A DNA stretch of 64,000 nucleotides from Octopus sinensis (GCF_006345805.1 NW_021833028.1:62001-126000); one strand, 5' to 3'; shown: positions 25,586 through 40,000, numbered from the stretch's first letter. Translations and numbers: made by a program. Notes: generated by a model from the letters alone, not told the origin.

Positions 25586-28399
25586 ATGGAGTCTTGTGAG
25601 TTCACGTGCAAAATAATCGAAAGTATAAAGAATTTTAAAGTATTAAATTCATTTAATAAAAGAACGAAATTGAAGATAATATCAAATACGAGAACTTGAA
25701 GTCTGCAATAAGAAATCATCTTAGCCGGCCTTTAAAAAACATTATCAAATCAGTAGACACACTCTCATCTCAAGAAAATGCTCACAACATTTTTTTCGAC
25801 ATTATCCGCCTGGATATTGGCAATGTTTCAGAGAATTCTATTCTTCTTCGTGCTTATTTCGTCATAGTTCTCCAGTTTGACTGGCTAGATTACTTTATCA
25901 AAGTAATTTACTCAAAAAACTCTTAGAAAAGTGGTTCGTTGAGCCCCGCTGAGCAAATTCCACTTTACGCGAATCTTATTTCTGTCTTAAACGAAAGTGA
26001 ACCTGGAAATTCGCTGTTTCCGGCAAAATTTCAGCAAATTTTTATTTTCATATTTTCCGATGAAAACAGCTTTGTTTTTAAAAAACCGGAAACTGATTAT
26101 TTCACTTTGATTGAGGCCGCAATGACCACATTGATGGATAGATTTACTCCCAAATTCGTGCTCAAAATATACCTGAACTACTCTCTGCTTCTCAATCAAC
26201 AGGAATTAAAATTTTTCGATATTTTTACCCGCAATGTTGGCATTTTAGTCAAAAATGGACGGGTTGGTCTTGATTTTGTACTTTCTCTAATCCTCGATAT
26301 GTTTTTAAAAGTCGATTCCTCTTCTTTTGCTCAGTTTCTGGTCCTTCGCAGTGTTCCTGTCAATTTCTCATTTTATAAGTGCATTGAGCCTTTGATAAAA
26401 TTCTTTGATTTGTCAACCAGTGACCTCATAAACCAGCTTCCGTGGGAACCAAGACAAGTTTTATTGTCCGTCAAGTCGGTTGTTGGGCTGTGTGGAGGAT
26501 CTGTACCAACCTGTGGAGATATTTTATGTTGGCTACTCGAATTTATTCCCGGAAAGACCTCAAAGAATGAAGTTATGAGGGAAATGTATCTCTCGTCTGA
26601 TCATTGCTTAGTTTTGATGCCATTCATTCAGCATTCAATCAGAATTTCCGAATATTTGAGGATATTTCGACCTGGCTGCTCCTCACCGACTTGATGAGAC
26701 TATTTAAGGACCAGGGTGGACATCGAGTTAAATTTTCTGGTTAATTTTAGTTATTACGGGATCTTTTTAAAAAACAGTCCCCCAAATTCCGGTCCTCACT
26801 CCCTCCCTTGGAATGTCCGTTGGATATCGAGACTTTGTGTGAGAAGGGACTATCGACTTGTAGTGATTGGTCATTGGAGTGGTCATTTTTTGCTTCTTAT
26901 TACAAAACTGCGGTCAGACTGGTTCAAGAATTTATTAAAGCTAAACCAGAACACGTCAATTTGACTAGAATTTGCAGAGAATTTACCAAAAGGACTGATT
27001 TGCTGAGAATTTTGGGAGAAAATGTAACAGTCTTCTGTTCAGACGAGTCCCTGTTAACAAGTCGACTCGAGTTTTTGATTTCTGTTTTGTAATTTTTGAT
27101 ATTTTTAGAAAAATTGTCTCGTCGATGGATTTTTGGACAGTTTTTATGATTTGGTTGTCGCCCCTGTGATTGATGCATGTTCCCTCAACAGTCCCAAGTC
27201 GGCAATTTATTCCACTCTTACTGTTGCAGAGGTAGACTACTCAAATGACTATTTTAGACTTTTTGTGTCAGCTGTGATAAGAATACGACTGAAGTTGTCA
27301 AGTTTATACTTTATTTGTTGGATTTCACTCATTTTTTGTTCAAAAACTCAGAGAGTGGTGAGATGGTGCCCAATCCTTCCCACTTTATGTACGTCAAAAG
27401 TAGGGTTTTGGGGTCTTTGGTGTGCATTTCTAAGGTGGAGACAGTCCGCGAAGCTGTTTCAAGTTGATTGCAAATAAATCGAATTTAGACGTGTTAAATG
27501 ACATTCATTCCCCCACACTTTTGACTCATTTCTACGTAAAACAAATATTCGGAATATCGTCACACAAACTGACAACCCAGTTGACTATGTTTGCTAATAT
27601 TTAGTGAGTTGTCTGGACAGGATTGCCTGGGAGTGGCCGATCTGGTAAACCTTGCTCGCTCTGGCTGTTTACAAGCACACGTTAAGGTGGATTACTGTCA
27701 TTTGCTGTTGGCTGTTTCGTCAGTTAATGACTTTTGGGGTTGATTTTGATAGATTGTGCCGCATTGCACGTCTCGGGAGTTTAGATCAGTTGTCGAATTC
27801 TGTTCTTCTCTCATCTGTCCAGACACCTGTTGTGAAAACCATTTGGCATGTATTATTCAATATTCTGACCCACTAATAGCTGCAGCCACGTTTTCGTCAG
27901 TTTCGACATTCTTGTGTCATTTGATGTCTGTGCTGTTGCCCAATTTGTCTGATTTTGGCGACTATCGACGACAGCTTACGGGATATTATTTAAGCTTCGT
28001 TCGAGTTAGTTTATGTGCTGATTGGACAGAAGAAATTGTTGGTGGATGCTCAGTGTTTTGTCAATGAGACGATTCGAGGACTAGTGCTGGACGAATTGAA
28101 GCATCAGCTTACTAATCTTGTTGCGTTGCTGATGGACAGGGACTGTGATGAATTCTCTATGATCAACTCGGTTATTTTTTCGTTGACTCAATGAGTTTTT
28201 GAATGTGTGGTTTTTTGAGGGGTTTAAAATATGCGACTGAGTTAAAATTTTTTGTTAATTTGAGTAGCTATGGACTTTTTTATAACACTGATTTTCACTG
28301 AATGATTTAATTATGTAATAATTTTGCTCAGCTGAGTATCCTCGTGACATGCCAGCTCCGCAAGTTGATCTTCGTTATCAACCTGGATTATTGAATTAA
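25586..28399 (+). CDS. Uncharacterised multi-exon protein (Leu/Phe-rich, probably helical)
   Basis: Successive open exons joined by GT-AG micro-introns; 3' exons not fully resolved; no family recognised. Confidence 0.6.
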
Positions 28400-28483
28400 T
28401 TTATTATAATGAAGGTATGTTTTTAATTAAAATACTATTAATTAAAACACGATAATAGTCTCAGTTTTTAAAATACACTCACA

Positions 28484-31257
28484 ATGTGGCACCGAAACAT
28501 GGTTTGTTTAAATCAGAAAAATTATTATTTGTAGAAGCTAGTGAAATTTTTTCCAGATAAATTAAAAAATTTTATACGAAATGTTAGCCATCAAATAGAG
28601 TATGGGAACAGGTTTTTAATAAAAATTACCTCAAGCATTCTAACAGTGGAAACCGATAAAATAGGACGACAGGCTGCCGGGTCAGTCTTGGTTCAAGTAA
28701 ATTATTTTTGAATTATTTTGAGTGCAAAAATTGCACAATGATAAGTTCAATCGTCGCTGTCAATCAAGCAGCCGCCGTCGGACCATCTTTGAATGTTTTT
28801 TGTACATTTAAATATTTTTTGGTCGATTTCAAATCACGAAATAAACAGGAAGGGCAAATCAACAATAAAAGGAAACCAAATGTCAATATTGAGACCCAAG
28901 TTCTGACAAGCAGACTGATCGGTTTTTGTATTTTTATCACATTAGACCGATCAATCAGACCGATTTTGGACCCTCGGATGGACTTTGCTCTCAACGTTAG
29001 TATTTTGTTTTGTAATTCCAAAGATGCACGTTAAATCTCTTTCTACTGACCATACATTTGATTCCGAGGTTTTGGGCATCAATGCGGGTTATTAAAATTT
29101 GGTTTTCTTTTTTAGGATCTCTGAGTCTGGTTTCTTCCCATTTGCCCATTAACCGAACAGTCGCAGCGATTCGGTTGGCTTTGATGCCGAATGGGTCAAT
29201 AATTTTGTTTCCCTCAAAACAAGAGCTTTTAGAATGTTCAGGAAACATTGTCATGGTCGTGGACTCGAATGGAAAGATAAGTAATTGGAATTACCTCAAT
29301 GAGTAGTCATGTTGGAGGGGGCCATGGATAACCAACCAACTTCCGTGGTGATGCGAGCCATTTCCACGGCCTGGGAAAACTGTGTGCTTCTTGCAGGACG
29401 TTTTTTGAGAATTCAGAAGGAAGTGATACATTTTGATGATACAAATTCTGAAATCAACGTTCGAGAAATTTCAGGGTTTGGTCAATTTGATATAAGTAGA
29501 TGTCTTAAAGACTATTTTTTGGAATTTCTAAATCTTCCGCCTTCCGATAAGGTAATTTTGTGTGCCACCTGTAGAAAAGTGGAGTTGAAGCACTCTCATT
29601 GCTCAAATCAAAGTTCACAGAAAAGGCCATTGGTTTGTAAATATACGTCTTTAGCCAAGAACTGAACATTCCTTCTGACTCTCATAACAACATATTTAAC
29701 AATCTACTGACTACTCATTTCCGTGATCACATTCTTCGGTCTGAAGTGAGGACTGACGGAAGGACCTTTTCTCAAATTAGAGACGTCTCTTGTGAGGTAG
29801 ATATAGCACCAGGAATACACGGTTCTGCCATTTTCCGACGGGGGGAGACACAAGTATTAGAAAAGATTGTTCATAGTAGGTTTTGAGTTGTGTCGAGTTG
29901 TTATCCCCATATTCCACGTCACGGAGACATCCATTTTCCGCGATTACCGGGTTGGTGTTACCTGCTAATCGTGTCTCAGTGCCTGTGTCGATAAGCAATT
30001 CGAACTGATCTATGAAGTATATATTTTTTATATTTGGCTTAGTTTCCGCCTTATTCGACAAACGAGGTTAGACAGAGTGGAAACTTGAATCGAAGGGAGA
30101 TGGGTCATGGTAAGAGTACTGTATGACATGTCAGGGGCACTGGCGGAGAGAGCTCTCCTTCCGACCATTCCAAAGGCGGGAAATCGGTTTTTTAGTGTAT
30201 CTTGTGACGTCACGGATTCCCATGGTGTGAAAATTCGTGATTTATTCAGGCTCATCTTCAATGGCTTCCGTATGTGCTGGATCGTTGGCGTTGATGGACG
30301 CGGGAGTTCAAATCACGGAATTGGTGGCTGGGATTGCCATGGGGGTTGTGAGTACGTCATGTGGGAGACGGTGGAAGGTCATCACCGACATCACTGTTGA
30401 TCAAAAATGCTATTTTTAAGGGAATGGAAGACTCCCTTGGAAACATGGATTTTAAAGTAGCTGGAAGTGTCCGTGGATTCAATTCTATGCAGGTTAGTGT
30501 TTGTGACCATTGGGTAGTTGGATGTCAAGGGAGATGGAATATGCTTAGATATACTAGCAGACTCGCTGGAGAAAGGGCATGGTTTGTTATTGCAGTTATA
30601 ATCTTTTTAGAGGCAATTTGTCGTTTGGTAAATCAAATGAAAACAGCAATTGATAAGCCACGGGAATCAGTAAAGGAGTGCTGGCCTGTCAGCAGAGTAT
30701 TGGAAGTGACCTCAAGTCAGCGAGCCCGCATCATTGGATCGGGGGGACAGGGACTCAGACGACATTTCAGTCAGTCTGGTTAGGCATATTTAATTATTTT
30801 TAGGTGTACTTGTTGAACCTCTTGACGAGAATTGTCTTTTTTTATTTGCTCCTTCTGTTGAGGCCTTGGAATATGCTCGAGAGGCACTGAATGAGACGAT
30901 CCTTCAAAACGTATTCTAAACGATATATCATTTTCTAGAAAGAAGTAGATTTAAAATTGTATCAAGTCTATGATGCCACAATAGTTGAAATGACGTTTGT
31001 TTTTTGAGTTATTCGTAGTGATAATGGTGTTTGGGTGAGAGTCTACAAAACAATGCAGCCAATTTTTCTTCACTGTAATCACCTTTCTCTCGACAATGTA
31101 TTTATTTTGTTATATTTTTGAGACTAAGAAACCAGCTGATCTCGGATTTTATGAAGGGTTGAATATTCGAGTACAATATTTTGGGATTGATTCGATGACT
31201 GGCAATCATCGTTTGTCTCGGAAATTGGCTCTGACAAAAGAAATGGAAATTAATTGA
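28484..31257 (+). CDS. PNPT1: Mitochondrial polynucleotide phosphorylase (PNPase)
   Basis: LTSRLI|[31 protein letters not shown]|[47 protein letters not shown]1 HRLSRK. Confidence 0.95.
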
Positions 31258-31499
31258 TTGTTGTGATTTATTGTTTTTATTGAGATAGTATTCAGTGTTG
31301 ATATTTAGTTTTGCTTTTAGAGTTATTTGAATCTAGTTTGGTTCAATAATGTTCAGAAAAACCACTTCGTAGTTGTTTTTCGTTGTCTTGAATATTCGAA
31401 TCTCATTGTCTCCTTGTTAATATCTATTCCTTGTTAAATATTTAATCAGTCAATTAACTTTCATAAGCTTTAATTGCTTTTCTCCATTTTGGTCTAAAA

Positions 31500-33816
31500 C
31501 AGTGATTCTTAACGGGGGCGCTGGCGCCCCCCTGGGGGCGCTGGAACATATTAGGGGGGCGCTGGAATTTTAATTTTTTTTAATTATTATAAATATTTTA
31601 TTAGTTTTTGTAAATCATTATCACGTGCTTTTCTATTAATTCTAAATTCAAATTGTCTTGTGTGTACGTAAAAAAATTATTCACTGATAATATTTATAAA
31701 TATTTGTTAATTGTATTTAATATTTTAGAACTTTTTAATAAATATTTTAATTATATTTTATAGATGTCTGATAAAAAAGTAAAACGACGTATATATTCGG
31801 ATGAATACCTAAAGTTTGGAGTGATACCCTACGACCATAACAATTCACTTCCAATGTGTCTTATGTGTAAAAAGGTCTTTACAAATGAAGGAATGAAGCC
31901 TTCAAGAATGCTAAATCATCTTAAGATTTGTCATCCTGACAAACTTGATGCGGATATCAATTATTTTTCTAATCTGAAATATAATTATGAAAATCGTCTT
32001 ATGATTAATCAACTATTTACAAAAAATTCGAAGATGCTTGAAAAAGGCCTATTAGCATCATACAAAATATCGCAATTGATAGCGAAATCAGGAAAACCTC
32101 ATACTATTGGAGAGTCATTAATATTACCAGCTATCAAAGAAGTGTTAAATTCAATGGTTGATTGTGATTCTGAACAAATAATTTCATCAATTCCTTTGAG
32201 TAATAGTTCTGTTTCTTCCAGAATTGATGAAATGGCATTTGATATCGAAGAAACCCTATGTGCATTTTTAAGAACAACAAAATTTTCAATTCAGATTGAT
32301 GAATCGACATTCAACGATAGTGTTGCACTTTTATTAGTTTACGTACGTTATATTAATCAAAATGATGTAATTCAAGAAGAATTTTTATTTTCTGAACACC
32401 TTGAACTCGATACAAGAGGATTAACAATTTTCAAAACTGTTGAACAATATTTTTTGAAACATGAAATACCCCTTAGCAATATTTTTGCTTGTTCAACAGA
32501 TGGGGCACCTGCGATGGTTGGAGTTCATCGTGGGTTTTTGGCATATATGAAGGAAAAAGTACCGAATATTTTTACAATCCATTGCGTCATTCACAGACAG
32601 CATTTAGCTGCGAAAAATTTAAGTGAGAGGCTGAATGAATCACTAAATGTTGTCATATGTGCAATAAATCGTATTAAAATGCACCCATTGAATTCGAGAA
32701 TATTTCGACATATTTGTGAACAAAACGATGAGCATTATGAACGACTTCTTTTGCATACCCATGTTAGATGGCTTTCAAAAGGAAACTGTTTGTGTCGATT
32801 TTTTGAATTGTATGATTCAATCTTAGAATTTTGTCAGTTACATGAGCAGAGAATTTTTAGGTAATTATTCCTTAATCATTTTAGTAAGTTGATTTTATTG
32901 AAAGCTGATATAGCTTATCTAGCTGATATTTTTTATAAAATCAACCAAGTAAATATTAGCTTGCAAGGAAACAATATCAATTTAATAAATGTAAAAGGAA
33001 TTATTATGCCTTTTATTGAAAAATTACAACTTTATGAAAACAATATTAAGAAAAAGATTTTTATTAATTTTCCAAATCTACAAAAATTTGGGGTTATTTT
33101 TTGTAATAATATTTATTAGGTCGAAAAATTAACGGATTCTGACTGTGAATGCTTTTGCTTGCATCTAAAAATGTTAAAAGATGACATGAAAATCCGCTTT
33201 GAAGATTTAGAAAATTTAAAATTTTTTGATTGGTATATAAATCCATTTGAAACTGAAAACGTTAATTTATCTCAAGAAATAACAGAAAATTTATTAAATC
33301 TGAAATATGACTTTGAAGCTAAAGTCATTTTCAACAAATATGGATATCAACAATTCTGGGTTACTCATAGAAAAAAATATCCTTTATTGTGGAATGAAAT
33401 TGAAACACTTATAATAGCATTTCCTTCAACATATCTAGTTGAAAGAGGATTTAGTGCAGTCTCTAATATTTTGACCAAAAAAAGAAATAAATTACAAATT
33501 GTGAATAGAGGAGATTTGAGACTAAGTCTGTCGACTATTGAAGCTGACATAAAACGATTGACAAATTCCCATCAAGCACAAGGCAGTCACTAAAATTTTT
33601 TTATATAAAAAAGTTTGGTTTGTGAATACCCTTTTTAATTCTAAAAAATAATAAGTAATATTCGAAAATATTAAAATGAAACAATTGGCGAAAAAATTGC
33701 CAAATAAATCTATAATTGAAAAAAAATAAATTAAATAATAGGGGGGCGCTGAAATTTTGAAGCTTCGAAATTGTGTCAAAAGGGGGCGCTGACTTAAAAA
33801 AGGTTAAGAACCACTG
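31500..33816 (+). mobile_element. Complete Buster-type hAT transposon, apparently intact
   Basis: TIR CAGTGATTCTTAAC vs CAGTGGTTCTTAAC; TSD GTCTAAAA (31492-31499, 33817-33824); GGGGGCGCTG subterminal repeats. Confidence 0.95.
31764..33593 (+). CDS. hAT transposase (TcBuster/ZBED5-like), 592 aa after splicing
   Basis: Exons 31764-32860, 32885-33092, 33120-33593; BED finger CLMC..H....H, IDEST, TDGAPAM, HCVIH, VRWLS, YLVERGFS, ends QAQGSH. Confidence 0.92.
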
Positions 33817-33868
33817 GTCTAAAACATTTAGAGTTCAGACAAGGTAAACGGACAGGTAATCAAAAATA

Positions 33869-36654
33869 CAGTCGGACCTCGTTATGAGCCAGACCTCGGG
33901 TATGATCCATACTCGCTTATGATACAAACTCTATTTTTGAGCCACGTTTTTTGAAACTGCTTTTTTCCTAAGGGGTTTGTAAAAATCAATTAAAAATAGA
34001 CCTCGTTATGAGCCATCTAAAAATTGCTATAAACTAAATATTTTGTAATATAATTATTTTTATTTTATATATTTTATCGTTTTTTTTAAAGAATTTTTTC
34101 CTTGCCGCGTTGTTATCTTTGTTGAAGTATTTTTCACTGTTCTATGTTTTCTAGATGCCTAAAATGAAAATTGATCACGAAAAAAAACTCGAAATAGCCC
34201 AATATATTAAACGGAACCAGCTTTCAGAGCGCAGAATTGCGGAAATTTTCAAAGTTAGCAGGGCTACAATTTCACGTATAAAAAAAGATTTCCCTTTTCT
34301 TGATAATGGAACTATTTATTCTGATTTATCCGAGCAAACTAGTGATTCTGAAAAGCTTAAAAATCTCGATCTTTAAGTTTTCGAAAAATTCACAAATTGC
34401 GACTTGAAAAAGTTCCCTTATCTGGACCGACCATTAAGAAAATTGGGTCGATGGTCGCTTCAAAATTATCATTGAATAATTTCAAATCGTCTAATGGTTG
34501 GCTTCAAAGATTCAAGAAACGACATAATTTACAATACAAAACATTGTGTGGTGAAAAGGGTTCCGCAGATACATCCATGCTCCCTCATTTTTTCCAAGAA
34601 TTAGATACAAAAGTTGTTTATTATGGTAAAGAAAATGTATTTAATTGCGACGAAACTGCACTTTATTTCAAAAATACACCAATTAAGTCATTTGTACAAT
34701 GTGGTGAAAATTCGTTTGGTTTTAAGCAGCACAAGGAAAGGTTTAGCCTGCTTCTATGCTGCAGTTATCTTGGAGAGAAACTGGAGCCTTTAATTATCGG
34801 CAAATATCGAAACCCTCGGTGCTTAAAACAATTCTATTCTGATGTTTTTAACGTCATGTACTCTTCTTCTAAAATTCGTGGATGACAACTGAAATTTTTA
34901 AAAGCTGAGTTTTTAAATTAAATACCAGAATGCTTTCTGAAAACCGAAAAATATTAATGTTGTTGAATAATGCTAGTTCTCATAGACCAGGCCTGGCCAA
35001 CCCAAATCGCATCGCGGGCCACTTTGTCCAAATGAATCCTTTCCGCGGGCCGCATATACATGTACATACTAAGGATAGATATCAAAACAACACAGATAAG
35101 ATTTTATTTAGTAAAATAGCATTCAGTCCAATTATACGTATCAATGAGAAATCTGTTTTTCTTTATCTTCACTTAATTTTTTCAAATCAACTTCACAATT
35201 ACTAGTTGCACATCTTAATTGGTTTTCTAAGTTTTTATCTGTTAAAGAAGATCTATATCTACTTTTACTAAACTTAATTTCGAAAAGAATGATTCACATA
35301 CGTAAGTAGATCCAAAGGAGCTTAAAACTCTTTGTGCAAAAATTCTTAAGTTGGGATATTTTTCTGCAGTCACATATTGTTATAAAAGTCAATTTTGGAT
35401 ATAGTAGGATAAACAAGTCTTAGTTCACTGTTGCACTGTAGGTCAATTATTCCGTCTGCAAAGTATTTGAAACAATAGAAAACGTCAACATGAAATGGAG
35501 AAGAAAATGTTTCAAACATTTTCTCATATTTTTTTAGTTCCGAGAATCGACTGTCAAATGCTGCAGCAAGATTTTTTTATTCATCAGCGTACTTGAAGAA
35601 ATTTTTACAATGGCTGATTTTAATTGATTTAGCGTTGGAAAATGTTGATCATTTCCATTTCTTATTTGACATTCAACAATGACAATTTCATTCGAAATGC
35701 TTTGACTTGATGGCATGCATTAGTAATCAAATTATCCTGTCCTTGTAACTCCTTGTTTAATTGATTAATTTTTTCGGTTATATCTAACAAAAGCACAGAT
35801 CTAGCATCCATTCTTCATCATTTAATTCAGGTAATGTCATTTTCTTATGCATCATAAAACTTTTGATTTCTTCTCTCAAGTCGAAAAAACGTTTTAAACA
35901 TTTTCCGCGACTCAGCCATCTGACATTGGAAAAATACACAAGATCACCATAGTGAGAATATAACTCGTTCAATAATTCTTTAAACTGGCGATGTTGAAGT
36001 GCATGAGAACGAATGAAGTTTATAGTTCTTACAACCACACTCATAACATGGTTCATAGACAACACTTGCGCGCACAAATTGTGTTGATGTATCAAGCAGT
36101 GTATTACCAAATAATCATTTTTTATGCTTCTTGACTCCATCTCATCCATTATTAGCTTTACAACTCCTTTATTTCTTCCAATTTCACAAAATTTCTCTCG
36201 CGGGCCGCGGCCTTGGGTTGGCCAGCCCTGTCATAGACTATCCGATTATTCAAACATTGAATTTTTATATTTACCTAAAAACACTACATCGTTAGTTCAG
36301 CCATTGGATATGGGCATAATTAAAGCACTGAAGACAAATTACAGTAATTTACTTATCGAATTTGTATGCATTTGTGAAAATAGAAGCAATTTTTTGGAAG
36401 CAATCAAAAGTCTCAAATAAATGATTTCTACGCCCTAAGGAAAAAAATAATGATTAATTTACGGGATTAAAAATCGTTTTGGAGAAAAGATTACGCATTA
36501 TTTCAAAAAAGTATAACTTATGAACTGTTTCTATCTGTTTCTTGTGAACTATTTTTTACTTAAAGTACTGTTAATTAGGATTATTAGCGAACCTCGGTTT
36601 ATGATACAACCTCGGTTTATGAGCCACCAAGTGGCTCAAACCGAGGTCCGACTG
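33869..36654 (+). mobile_element. Tigger/pogo transposon, disrupted
   Basis: TIR CAGTCGGACCTCG, TA flanks; SNGWLQRFKKRH, FNCDETAL, QPLDMG; ORF rejoined as NASSHRLSDY when nested hAT is removed. Confidence 0.92.
34988..36230 (-). mobile_element. Internally deleted Buster-type hAT nested in Tigger ORF
   Basis: TIR CAGG(C/G)CTGGCCAACCCAA; TSD TCATAGAC (34980-34987, 36231-36238); HCLIHQ, VRWLSRG, FGSTYVCE. Confidence 0.92.
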
Positions 36655-36717
36655 TACTTAGAAATCTACAATTCATAAACAGATTTTGATTCAGTACGAT
36701 TTTGACTAGAAGTGATA

Positions 36718-37095
36718 TGTTATTATTAACACACTTATTGTAGGGCTATAATAATTATAGTTCCACCTGTGCAACATCCAAAACAATGTTAGTAACGAGT
36801 CTCCTTCATTTTCCTCGTTTAAGCGCTGTGAGCCGCAGCCTGTCCAAGTCATCATCGGTCTTGAGACAGGATTTGATTTTGGCGAGGTCCGCTTTCAGAA
36901 AGACAGGTAACGTAGTGTGTAGGCGTTCCCGGAACCGTGGTTTGTCGCATTGGAAGTAATCCTCCATCACCGTATTTGCGGGTGCGGACTGGTCCATTTG
37001 CAGTATGTGTCCAAATAGCTTCCAGCGGGATTCAGCAACGTCAATGCAAAGTGGCCTTGTAGAACACTTTATATATAACGACTCCCGGGATATTC
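36718..37095 (-). mobile_element. RTE-clade 3' end
   Basis: ESRWKLFGHILQMDQSAPAN; AAT-rich tail; sister copy 63590-63755. Confidence 0.75.
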
Positions 37096-37127
37096 TATAA
37101 AGACACTCGGGGTAGCTCTATTGCACA

Positions 37128-40000
37128 ATGTCTGGAAAACGCCTTAATTCACTGTTGGGACTATCTATCGTCACTTTTAATGTCAGGGGAATCTCCAATA
37201 CATATAAAAGAAAACAATTGTGCAAAGATTTTGAGAGATACAATGTATCAATCGGATGTATACAAGAAACGAAGGTCTTGGAAGGGGCTGATGAATCATA
37301 TGGAAACTACCGTCTAATACTACTTCCCAGCATATCGAAGCACTATGGGCAGGGATTCATTGTCCATAAGACTTTAGCCCCTGGAATTCATCGTGTATGA
37401 TGTGTAAATGATATAATCTGTGTTTTGCAAATAAAGACATGTGACAAAGGAAAATCGAGGGGAATTATCTCCATTATTAATGTCTATGTCCCACATTCTA
37501 GGATGTTGTGAAAGACCAGAAGTTTTAATCATATTCTACTCTGAGCTATCCAAAGTCTATACCGAACTTGAATCCTCTTTTATAATATTCATTACGGGTG
37601 ATTTCAATGCCAAAGTTGGCGTTCAAAAAGGATTACAATTCATGGGAAGACATGGATGCGGTATAAGAAACTTATCTGGGTGCTTCCTCGCGAATTTTCT
37701 GTTTGTTATGTGACTTATTTATATGTAATACTGCTTTTCAGCACCCTGCACGTCACAAAACGACATGATGAATCAATCTATATATACAATCAAATTGATT
37801 ATATTCTCTGTCGGATGAATGACAAAAGCTTTCTGCTTGACTCACGCTCTTATGGAGGATCAACTGTCGACAGTGATCACAAATCGTTATGGCTATGATT
37901 AGCATTAAAATCCAATCTCGTGTTCTTAAAAAAGACTATACCAAAAATTCTCGAGAAGCCGGATATATGATCGGAAAGCAACCTTTAATCTACCAGTTGG
38001 GGCAAAAAAGTCATGGCACCTTTGCAATTTTGACTAAATTTAACATTCTTTGCCAAAAAAAATATAAATACATTACTTTAAAAATAAATTAGTACTATAG
38101 AACTTTTTAGAAAATATTATTGAAAAAACTATCTTAAGGGAATTATTAATATTGCACTAATTAACGATTTATTTTTAAAAGTCAATTTTTTAAGGGAAAA
38201 AAGTAATGGCACGAATTCAATTAATATTTAGTTGCATCCCTTTGCTAGCAGAATGCTTCCAATCGTTTTTTTGTAAGAAAAAATTAGTTTTTGACATTCT
38301 ACTTTAGAAATATTTTTCCATTTTCGTAGCAAATTGTTTTTAATTCCTGGATATTTTTTGGTTTTAAGCCAACTTTTATTTTAAATATTTCCATAAGTTT
38401 TCGATGGATTCAGGTCTGGCGATTGACTTGCCATTCCAAAACATTTATTTGTTTTTTTTCTAACCATTAACGGTTACTTTTGACTTGTGCTTTGGATCTT
38501 GTCATGCTGAAGTCCAATGTTGTGTCAAATTTAAGTTCGCGACGAAGGTAAAAACATTTTTCCAAATTTCGCAATTTTAGGAGAATTCATCATTCCATCA
38601 ATTACAATAGTTCACAACACCTGTTGATGAAAACAACCCACAACATGATACAACCTCCCGTGCTTACGGTAGGTATGGGCATTGGGATATACGCCTGATT
38701 TGATTTGAGCCAAATTGAAACGTGTAGGTCAGTCCGAAAGTAAGAAATCAATGAGGACTAAATAAATGAAATCGAAAACTAAAAGATGGTGCACAAATGT
38801 TTGCAGGAGCCCGTCTGCTAAAAAATAAGGAACAAAAAACTCACCTAAGAATACATGACTTTGAGGAAAGAATTATACTTTACCCTCAGTAACAAACAAA
38901 AGTCATCGAAAACCACTTTGAGAAGCAATTTAACACATTAAATGGATCTCTGGATGCTTTTGTCGGACCCTAAAGAGAATTAGTAATTCCGATTACGTCT
39001 GAAGAAGTGCAATCAGCAATTTTAAAATTGAGGAACAATCGATCTTCGAGACCCGATAACATTAACCCCGAACTACTGAAATACGGGCCATATATACTAT
39101 TTGAAATTATTGCTAAATTGCTGAACGATATGTTCACATCGAATTCTTCTCTACCTGTGGGGAAAGGCATTCTAATCCCAATTCAAAAGCCACATAAGCC
39201 GAAAGGCCCTTTGGAGAACCTACGGCCGGTCATTCTTTTAGACTCTCTTCAAAAAGTGCTTGCACTGATCATCCTGAAGCGAATAAAAGAGCCTGTCAAC
39301 GAATACCTCTCTGCCAGTCATAGTGGGTTCAGACAAGGGAGATCCACAGCGGATATTGTATGGAGCCATCGATGGAGATGCACTATATCTCAAAGATTCA
39401 AATGTGCAACCACGCTTTTGGGAATTGACATGTCCAGGGTCTTTGACACAATAATCAGGGCAAAGCTGATTGAGGTGTTATAACGCTTTTTGGATGAAAG
39501 CTCGGTTAGAGTAATTAGATTGCTTTTTGCCAACACTGAACTTGAATTAAGAATATACTTGGAGTCTGCATTACGAGATCTAAGACCATATTACAAAGGT
39601 GGAACCAAGAAAACAATTTATGCCGATGACGTGGAATTGATATCCGAAGACAGATCCTCATTAATAGAACTTCTCGAACTTGCACCGGAGCAATTAAGAA
39701 AATGGTTCCTTTATGTAAACAAAAAAAAACTGATCTTGTGGAAGATGGCGCCATGTACAAAAACTTGGCTCTCTTCTGGGAAACAGTGAGGATATTGCAA
39801 GGAGAAAAATGCTGCCATCTGCAGTAATGCACAAACTCTGAAAGAAATGACTATCATATGAATCAGCGAATGTTCAACTCCGGACAAGCTTTACAATGCC
39901 TTTGTGAAATCCGTGTTAATGTATAACTCCGCCATTTGTGGTTGCACAGATACGGAACTGACACGTTTTAACAGTTTCCACAGAGGACAATTGAGAGTGA
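37128..40000 (+). mobile_element. RTE-clade LINE (APE endonuclease + RT), degenerate, split by Tc1 fragment
   Basis: TFNVRG, IQETK, GDFNAKVG, QIDYIL, SDH; NLRPVILL, GFRQGRST, IDMSRVFD, IYADD. Confidence 0.85.
37994..38740 (-). mobile_element. Tc1 right-end fragment (IR/DR type)
   Basis: Degenerate LEW-SQSPDLNP; repeated AAAAAAGT(C/A)ATGGCAC motifs near 38005 and 38197. Confidence 0.7.
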
